Shown: positions 54,431 to 64,000 of the stretch, piece after piece
Position numbering within the stretch: the first letter of the stretch is position 1
Layout: each line of letters starts with the position of its first letter
NCBI RefSeq assembly: GCF_009914755.1
Contig: NC_060925.1
Source: the human T2T-CHM13v2.0 reference genome, Homo sapiens
Direction: 5' to 3' (one strand)
Length of the DNA stretch: 64,000 bases
Position numbers and translations under genes: made by a program
The notes under the pieces: generated by a model
Databases searched by the model: none
Told to the model about the DNA's origin: nothing
What the model saw: the letters and a program-made list of their open reading frames with translations, nothing else

Positions 54431-55232
54431 TAGTCTGCCATAGACATGTCTAATGTTGTTTATAGCAGCATTATTCATAATATCAAAAAGCCTGAAACAA
54501 CCCAACTTTTGAACTTTTCATCAACAATGGTGGTTAAATACATTGTTTTATTCTTGCAATGGAGTATTTATATGGCAATGGACGTTAACAAACTACAGCT
54601 ATATGCAACAATCTAGGAAACCCCCATATGTAATGTTGTCTATGAGAAGCCACCTACAACGAAGTGCATACTGATGATTCCATTTATATGCAGTTTAAAG
54701 CAGAAGAACTTACCTGTAGTGATAGATGTCATCACTGTGGTTGTCTTTGGGGAGGAAGGAGGAGGGAGTGGGAGCATGCTCATGGTGAGTGGGCTGCTTC
54801 CAAGATGGGGATAACAGTCTGCTTTCTGATCTGGTGGTGGTTACATTATTGTGTTCACTTTGGGAAAAATCATTTGGGTTTTGAACTATACATTTGATTA
54901 GTATACTTTTCTGTGTGTGTGGTTTACATCAGTCAAAAAGTAAAACATGACAAACAGATACAAAACAGACTAAAAGGAATTATGACACAAACTGATAGTG
55001 TTTATTTCTGTGTGATACATGTGACTTGGGTGATATATGTCTGTCTATATATGTATTTTTCCCTAGTATTTTACTTTTATAGTTATAGGGAAAATCCTTA
55101 TTTATAAACATCAAAACCTGACCCTCATTCGAAAGTTAACATGACTTGTAGCTTTAATGGAATCTAGAATTATAGTATCACAGAAGGCCATCATATGACT
55201 TAAGTATGTCATTTCCTTTCTTCCCTAATTAG

Positions 55233-55367
55233 GCCCTAAAAAGCACCTTGGGGTTTCCTTTGATACGGTTTGAAGACGCTGTGATTAATCTAGATCCATT
55301 CACTCGGGTACATCCCTATGAGACCAAGGAGTTCATCATCAATGATATCCTCAAACATTTCCAGGAG
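55233..55367 (+). CDS. VPS13D: VPS13D exon: ALKSTLGFPLIRFEDAVINLDPFTRVHPYETKEFIINDILKHFQE
   Basis: ttccctaattag| acceptor, GAG|gtgagg donor; 135 nt, phase 0 to 0. Confidence 0.95.
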
Positions 55368-56042
55368 GTGAGGCTTGGAGAAGTAATCATTGGCTGGAGC
55401 ATAAGCAGAATGTTTGTTTTAGTTGTTTGGGAATTTTGGTTACTAAGGCATTACTATTGAGAACCCAGTTAAACATTTCAACTCTGTTGTGTTACGGGTC
55501 AGGTCACTTCCCAAGAAGCCCGTATGTGTCATGAAAATCCTGAGATAGTACATTTGACCTATGAGCTGTTAGTTTCATCCCTCAGAGCTAGTCTGAGGGG
55601 TTCCTGCTAGATTAATCATGACTCTTAATGGTTTAGTTGATGCTTTAATAATAACAAAATAATGTTTTTATTTACCAGGCATGGGCCTTCTTTCAGCAAC
55701 TACACCCATGTTCTTAGAGTCTGTGGGATCCTGCATTTGGGTTGAACTTGAAATTTTTTAAATCACCTTGGACATTTTCCATTTTGTATTTATTATCCAG
55801 ACTGCAAAGATCAAAAAGTAAAGGCAAGGCATAATCTTCAATGAATAGATAGGTCAAGATCGTATCAAATTTAATAGCTTTCAAAGTTAAAATATATTTT
55901 ATTCTCACTTCCTTTTCTCCATTCCCCGTTTCCTTTTTTGACTATCCTAATTGGTGATATTTCCACCTAACTAAGGAAAGTGATACAGCAGATATCACTG
56001 GAACCTGGGATCAGGCAATTGGAAGTACAGAAAGAGTGGAGG

Positions 56043-56335
56043 GGCCAGTCATGGTGGCTCACACCTGTAATCCGAGTACTTGGTGGGAGGCCAAGGCAGG
56101 AGGATCACTTGAGCTCAGGAGTTCAAGACCAGCCTAGGCAACATATTGAGACCCCATCTCTACAAAATATAGAAAAAAAAGATTAGCTGGTTGTAGAGGT
56201 CTTGCCTGTAGTCCCAGCTACGGGAGGCTGAGGTAGGAGGACTGCTTGAGCCCAGGAGGTCAAGGCTGCAGTGAGCCACGGTGATGCCACCTCACCTCAG
56301 CCTGTGTGACTGAGACCCTGCTTCAGAGAAAGAAA
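56043..56335 (+). mobile_element. AluJ
   Basis: Diverged dimer. Confidence 0.85.
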
Positions 56336-56805
56336 CAGTGGAGGTTTGCTTGATAAGTCTCTCCATGCCTTCTTCAGGCCCCCCACCCACACCACAGCTT
56401 ATGAGAGGAACTGTAAATCTACCTCTCTTCCTCACTTTCCTTTTGTAATTCTCCCTGCTGGTGATTACTTCTCTATTTGTAGGCATGATGAAAAGGAGAG
56501 TATGATGTATATAGTAGCAAATACTCATAAGAATGCTTCCTGTTTCATAGCTATTTTTATTCTTCTAACTGGCTTGGAAGAGTATGTGTATTGGGATATG
56601 TGTATTGGGAGAAGCTTAGGTGGTGCTCCTGAAAGGACAGGAGATTATTTTGCAGTTGATGAAGATTAAAAGCTTTTAATCTCGTTACTTGTAGTAATGA
56701 GAATGGAGAACAAAATAGATTTCTAAGCTCTTCGCTTGGGACACTGGTATCTGCAAATATAAGTAGATGCTGATTGGACTTTTCTCTTCCTGTTCCATTT
56801 GGCAG

Positions 56806-56973
56806 GAACTCCTCAGCCAGGCAGCTCGAATCCTGGGATCAGTGGATTTTCTTGGCAATCCTATGGGGCTTTTGAATGATGTTTCTGAAGGGGTTACTGG
56901 ACTGATAAAATATGGAAATGTCGGGGGCCTCATCAGAAATGTTACACACGGAGTATCAAACTCTGCTGCCAAG
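56806..56973 (+). CDS. VPS13D: VPS13D exon (last in window): ELLSQAARILGSVDFLGNPMGLLNDVSEGVTGLIKYGNVGGLIRNVTHGVSNSAAK
   Basis: catttggcag| acceptor, AAG|gtaagg donor; 168 nt; LGS.DFLGNP.GL hallmark of the VPS13 C-terminal region; gene continues beyond window. Confidence 0.96.
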
Positions 56974-58032
56974 GTAAGGAAATAGAGGTGAAATTCCATT
57001 ATAATTAACCTCACGAGTCCTCTACAGTACTACAATTTCTTTTATAGTTAATGGGCTGTGAAAAGTTATATTCATGGCTTTTGCTTCATTGCCCACATGC
57101 CTTGCCTTTTCCTCACCTCCAGTCACCTGCCACCAGGTGCACTGAGTCCACCTCTGAAATACCTCTTCCTCCTTCCTCTCCGTTGCCACTGCCTTAGTCC
57201 AGGCATTGCGTATGTCTTACCTGGGTCACTGCAATAGCCCCCAGCACCCTGGACCTTTCACGATGACCCCTACACCTTTCACTGTGCCACCAGAATGAAC
57301 TCACTGGATTGTGCCATTCTCCTGCCTGAGATCTACCAGTTATTGCCCACAGTTTACAGGGAAAGTCCAAGCTGAAGTACAGCCTTCTATAATGACAACA
57401 ACCTTTTAAGCCACCTGAAACCAGCAGCAGATGGACAGTGATGTCATTCTCCAGTATCTTGCAGCTAGTTGACTGGTTTGTTCACTGACATCTTAATTCG
57501 TGGACATTTTCTTAGTTCACTCTGTATTTTCTGGCAGGAATTGATTATATGCGAAGCTGGAAAAGGTGAAGCGAGTTGAAGGTAGTTGCTATTTGACATA
57601 CAGCCCTCCAAAGAGCTCTGCTGTTTTTCTCTTCCTTTCATCTCAACACACTTTTCTTGTAGAGACTGGCTTTTTCATGAATGAACTCATTTGGAGGAAA
57701 CACCTGTACTCTCTGCTTATTTACTGTGGAGAGAGCATTTTTGTAGTGAGATCACAGGTGTACTTGCGCCACAGGGTGATATGACATAAAAGTAGCTTTA
57801 CCAAAGAGATCTTTGTGGCACCGCGTAGAAATGTATCTTGAAGAGGAGGTAAGAGAGTCGAGTTGAATAGCATTTCTCTGTGGTATGGTGTTCTCGTTAA
57901 TAATGTGTGAAAGCTGAGAATTTATTCTTTTTTCCCCAAACTATTTTCTAGGGATGATAGATTGGTCAGATCAGTTCTGTAGGATTATTGAACCAGACTA
58001 AAGTGTACTGTTTGGCTTGTGGTTCAAAATAA

Positions 58033-58366
<334 letters not shown>

Positions 58367-59510
58367 TAGAGAGACTTTCCCACTCATGGTTTGAAAGTGG
58401 TGAGACTCAGGTTCAAAGTCTGAACTAGCGTGTACTTTTCTGCCTTGAATCCTTTCTCACACTCCCATGTTCCCTTACCCCTCACGCATCATAAAACCTC
58501 ATAGTGGTAACACAGATCCCTCACTCTTCTTGCTTTAGCTCTTGGACTTGATATAAATGAATGAACTTAAATATTTAGTTGTAAATGCCCAGTTAACATA
58601 TTTTATTAAATTTTATTAACTTTATTGAATTCTAATTGACATAAGAAAGTCTTCTTGGTTTTATAATTTCTTTGTTTTTGTACCCTGGGCTTTACCATAA
58701 TTTTAAAAATGAAGATGCTTATGATTTAACAATAGGACTTCCTCACTGTGGAATAGAAATGCACCTACTTTACAGGTTTATTGTGAGAACAAAATAAGGT
58801 ATGACGTTACAAAAATTTTGAAAAATACAGAGTGAAGAAGATAAATAGGTCATTACTTTGACTGTAGTATTTGCATGGAGACTTGAGCCACCAGGAAGCC
58901 ATTAGTGCTCTTGAAATGAAAACCAATCTATTATGAACTACAGAGAAGGAGGGTCTGGGACACTGAGAGTAGGAGAGTCAAACCCCATCAGGGCCAGTTT
59001 GACTCTTAGGAACCTCCATAGTTCACTGGGTTAAGAATGAAGAAGCTGTTCAAGTGCCTGTGACATCTCAACAGGAGAGACCTCCTAGGAGTTTCTCCAG
59101 GGTCTCCTGGCAACATCCTAGTGAAAGGATTGGCCCTTTATTCTCCTTGGTTTGTGGAAGTCTCGTTTGTTTCCTGGTTTTTCTGTTTTCCCTGAAAAAC
59201 TGTTTTTGAAGCTTGAGGGTCAGCATGAGATTATAACTTAGGCAGAAAGAAAGGGCAGTGTCCTCCCTACCCCCACCCTCATCCTGGATCTATATGAAGG
59301 CCTGGGGGCAGTGATAATACATTTGATTTGGTATCATGCTTTGTATGTTGCCAGATTTATATAAGGGTATTGCTTTCCAGGGAACGAGTCCTCTGGTATG
59401 GGAACTTCCCTTCCCATGGGGTTGGGTTCCTTCATATAGTTGTCTTGCCTTTAATAAGCTACTAGTATTGGAGCCACAGGCTGCAGCTGAGGGGATTGCT
59501 ATGTAATTTA

Positions 59511-60200
59511 CAGGCATAGATTGTGTATTAGTCCATTCTTGCTTTGCTCTAAAGAAATACCTGAGACTGGGTAATTTATAAGAAAAGAGGTTTAATTGAC
59601 TCATGGTTGTGCAGGCTGTACAGGAGGCATGATGCCAGCATCTGCTTCTGGCGAAGTCTTAGGAAGCTTCCAATCATGGTGGAAGGTGAAGCAGGTGTCT
59701 CACATGGCAGGAGTGGGAGCAAGGGAAAGAAGGGGGAGGTGCTACATACTTTTAAACAGCCAGATCTCATGAGAACTTGCTCAATATCATGAACACCAAG
59801 GGGATGGTACTAATCCATTCATAAGAAATCCACCCTTGTAATCCACATACCTCCCACCAGGTCCCAGCTCCAACATTGGGGATTATAATTCAACATGAGA
59901 TTTGAGGGACAAACACCATACTATATCACATTGCTTAACATCAGGGATACATTTTGAGAATCATTTTACTAGGTGATTTCATTGCTGTGCGAACATCATA
60001 GAGTATACTTACACAAACCTAGATGGAATACAGCCTATTCCACACCTCGGCTATCGGCTCCTAGGCCGCAAAACTGTACAGCATGTTAAAGATATCTAAA
60101 CCTAGAAAAGGTAGAGTAAAAGTATGGTATTATAATCTTATGGGTGGATTGTCGTATATGCAGCCCGTAGTTGACCAAATTGTTATTTGGCACATGACTG
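59511..60200. mobile_element. Tigger3-like (Tc1/mariner MITE) interrupted by an MST LTR
   Basis: TA|CAG...CTG|TA termini; internal gcgaacatcatagagtatacttacacaaacctagatgg. Confidence 0.8.
59524..59928 (-). mobile_element. MaLR solo LTR (MSTA/MSTB-like)
   Basis: tgtattagtccatt...ctatatca; 5-bp TSD gattg/cattg (4 of 5). Confidence 0.85.
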
Positions 60201-61979
60201 TATTTTGATACCAGCAATCTTAGGTGTTTATAGAGATGTAAAAACTAGTTATATCTCTAAGATGAGAAAGCAAATAAACACAAAATGACCACTTCTTATA
60301 GGAAATGGTAGATCTAAATGGGTCTATCAGTTGAATACCCATTCAGGTCATCTGTGATTCTGCACGTATGTGGTTGGACTAAAGATGTGCATTTTCTTGT
60401 AGTTTTGTGGGTTGAAATCAACGTTTAAAGTTGTTTTAGGGGAATGTTTTATTTGTTTCTCTGTGTAGACCAGAGGAGTTTGAGGAAGTACAAATGACCA
60501 CAAGAATCAACTGTTGGCCTGTGTCAATTATTGCTTTAAAGAGTGCCTGAGTTCCAGTGATTAAAAAAGGGTCAGAGGGGACAGAACTGCACCTCATTGA
60601 GCCCCTGCCAGTGCACTGCACTTTACTGCAAAGACCAGAGGGCTTTAGCCTGGTTGAATGGGCTTTGAGTGTAGTGGAGAAGTTCATAAACCTCTTAAAT
60701 TAATTGTAAATATTGTATAAATGTGCATTTTTCTGGGATGAGGGTCCAATGTTTCTTTTGTATCCTCAGGGAGAGATTCTTGCCTCCAAAGATTGTAAGC
60801 CATTATTATAGACATACGTTTGTACATTGAGGGGAGCTTGGGGCTGGTAGTCAGGATTGCCAGCACTTTAATTGTATTTCTACCTTTAAATAATCTTTTC
60901 CTCTGTTAAGAGATTTGTTTTTAACATTTATGAAAAGATGATGGTAACTCCCCCTGTCACACTGGCCTGAGGAGCAAAAGAGATGAAGTATATGAAACCC
61001 AGTGAGGAGTTAAAAGGAATTCATTCTGTCACATAAGAAGATAATAGACCTGTAGGGTTTAGTCATCTGTGGATAGATGCACAAATTTTAAATTTCAGGT
61101 CTATAGTGTATCCACTTGTGGAATTTCTCATTTCTTTTTTCTCCCCCCAGAGCGTTCCTGCAAAAGAAACGTCTCATTTCATCTCTGTTGTTTAATTTAT
61201 TTAATACTGGCTTCAAGGAAATATAAGTAGGAAATAACCTATGCCCTTTTATCTCAGTTATTTCTCTTTGCCTTTCTTTCTCATCTCCCAACGCTAGAAA
61301 TCAGCATATGGATTCAAATGTAAGATTTAAGTCTTAGCCACCAAATTGTGAGCATCTAACCCATGACTCCCCTGCCTGGGTCTTGGCAAGATGACTCTAG
61401 CCCTTAGCGGAACTTCAAAGATCTGATCCCATTCCTGAGGTCATGGCAAGGCAATCGCTTCTGGAAGGTCTTCTCTGAATGTGATTTATTTAAGAAAATG
61501 ACAGCATTTCATATTCCAAACCCATGTCAGAGGAGAAAGTTTCTTTCTGCAGCATGAGTTGCAAAAAGTATACTTTCTTCTAGTTGTGTGTCATGTGAAG
61601 AATATCTGCAAGACACTCTAACATCTTTTAAAGGCAGAGAACTGGGAGGGCCCCCTATTGATGAAATTTCCTCTCTTATAGACTCTAGCTTCATTTTTAC
61701 CTTCATTCTTGTGTGATATTTTCACATACATAGCTATCCTCAACAAAATAAATAAAGTACTTCTTAAATTAACAAAATCTCAGATATTAACAATAGAGCA
61801 AATGATCCCACTGTCTTTTCTGCCCCTGTAGAAACTGTGTTTGCTCTGCACCGTTGTTATCTGGTCTTCCTAAGGGAAGAAAGCCAACAGCATACTTAAT
61901 TTCTTCCAGCAAAGGAGAGAAGCACTTTCAGTCATCACTAATGAAACCTCTGCTCATTCTGTCCTACTTTCCATCCCCC

Positions 61980-62308
<329 letters not shown>

Positions 62309-62789
62309 TAGGATGCTTTTGATTCTGGGTACCTTTTTGATCCCATGTTTGTTTTGATTCTGTGTTTATGAATACAGATATTTTCATAATTTGTCGTGTT
62401 CTTAACAAATTATTTTCATAGTGGTTATTTGCTATTCATGTAAATTAGAATTCATTGTTCATTGTTTGCTACATGTTAATTTTACTAATAACTTTTATAG
62501 TTGTATGGTAGTTTTCTCTTTTGCTTTGTGGTATTTATTTCTACCAGGCCCAAATTTCCCAGCTCAAATTCTGCAGATCAAATTTTTGTCAAGGAGATGT
62601 GAGTTTTCTGCCACTTTTTAGTTAATGCATTTTATTCTATGTTGTTTTAGCCATTGTTTCATTGTCTTAAATCAGTTTTGTTTTTTATGAATTTGACAGA
62701 GATCTAATTTTTTAGATGATTTCTTGGTACAAACAGCATTAGTAGGAAAAGGTGTAGGAACAGGGTTGAAACACTGCACTTCATTGTGG

Positions 62790-63440
62790 AATACATACTA
62801 ATGTATAAACATTTGTTGAGCACCTCCTGTTGGTTAGGCTTGGTGAGAGACCCTTTATATACATTGTCTTCTGTATGTTAAGCTCTATTCTGCCAATCAG
62901 GAAACTGAGAGTTAGAGAAGTTAAGTCTTCAAGGTCACACAGCTAGAGGTGACAGGGGTGGATCTGAATCCAAGTCCAGCTAATTTTGAAGGTCTTTTTT
63001 TTTTTTTTTTTCTTACAGGATGTTTTTCCTTTGTGTTTGTAAGGCATTCTTCTAGGCACTGCAGAGAATATGAAACATTAATTACTGCTGACTTCCCACC
63101 AGAAGCCTCTTATTTGATGTCACTGTGTAGCTGGTCAGTGACCACTATGGTAGCATTCTTGGCACAAAGCAGGCCCTCAGGAAGTGCTGGTGCCCACCGT
63201 CATTCTCGTGTTAGGTTGGTTGTGGCTGTCACTGTCTTCTTTATAGGCAATAAGAACCTTGGCAATTGCAACCATGGTTTTACTCATGTGATATCATTTG
63301 ATCATCAGAATTACCTGGTCAGTAGCTAGATGGGCATTTTCAGCCCCATTATGTAAATGAAGAAACTGAGGCCCAGATTGGTCAGGTGACTTTCCCAAGA
63401 TCAGCCAGGTCACTACAGAGCTGAGACCTGGCTCTTCTGT
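62790..63440. mobile_element. Two MIR fragments (about 62790-62990 and 63270-63440)
   Basis: gaaactgag...aaggtcacacagctag cores. Confidence 0.7.
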
Positions 63441-64000
63441 ACTGGCATCTCAGTTCTCATTTTTAATTAGACTTTTGAGATATCACTTAACTACAAGATT
63501 TATTCTAGACATGCCTCTATGTGTTAAACAAATAAACCAAAAAAATAAAATAAAAAGCAAACCAAACAAAAAGCCCTACCTAGTCCCACAGTGAACTTTG
63601 ATAACTTTTAGGAAAACTGTCTGAAGATAAATATAAGCAAGTTGAGACCGAGAAAACGAGAAATTCAGACAGTTCAGATAGTTCAGTAGAAAATCTAGCT
63701 AGGACTTTAAATACCATTTTGTTCCATTTCTTTGGTTTCTGTTTGGGACAGCAGTGTGGAGGAGCTGCTTCTTTTCGAAGCAAACCTTTCACCAGCCCTT
63801 TGTCCCAGGACACCAGATTTGGTGCCTAGCCATGATCCAGTGGAAACTGACTTTCCTGTCCCTGCACAGAGACTCTCAGCCAGCCCCTGCCATCAGCCAG
63901 CCTTCTATCATATATACTATGACCTTGTTGAGGAGAGAGGGGCCCATCTGCCTTTTGTTTAAGAAACAGCATTTTTTGTTGTTGTTTACTTTGCAGTCAC

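Larger units (their letters stand above)
52230..54960 (+). mobile_element. Old L1M ORF2 3' part and 3'UTR, interrupted by Alus
   Basis: aaattgatctgtagattcagt, gacaagctgattctaaaatt, gtttatagcagcattattcataat motifs. Confidence 0.8.

Noticed and set aside
57538-57581. Cryptic exon after tctgtattttctggcag
   Set aside because: Only weak donors (gtgaag, gtagtt); both options frameshift; no other support.

Overview
Human (primate) genomic DNA lying entirely inside one large spliced gene on the + strand, which I recognise as VPS13D (bridge-like lipid transfer protein). Fifteen consecutive GT-AG coding exons between 2862 and 56973 splice with fully compatible phases into one open frame of 2192 nt (about 731 aa). 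By recalled numbering this is roughly G3381-K4111: end of the VAB/SHR-BD region, a ricin-B-like insert and the start of the C-terminal ATG2_C-like region. Introns are rich in Alu, L1, L2, MIR, LTR and DNA-transposon relics, and nearly all ORFs in the supplied track are repeat-derived noise. Most notable non-genic structures: (1) a near full-length antisense HERV-L provirus inside an old L1; it has lost most of its 5' LTR and carries in pol a ~1 kb TSD-flanked, polyadenylated insert resembling a retrocopied Alu-rich mRNA 3' end; (2) a diverged ~135-bp direct repeat on either side of one exon; (3) a perfect 110-bp tandem duplication; (4) a truncated U3 snoRNA retrocopy; (5) an AluYa5; (6) a sense MER57 solo LTR. 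I found no evidence for a wholly new biological system. Repeat subfamily names and residue numbers come from memory, not from searches.
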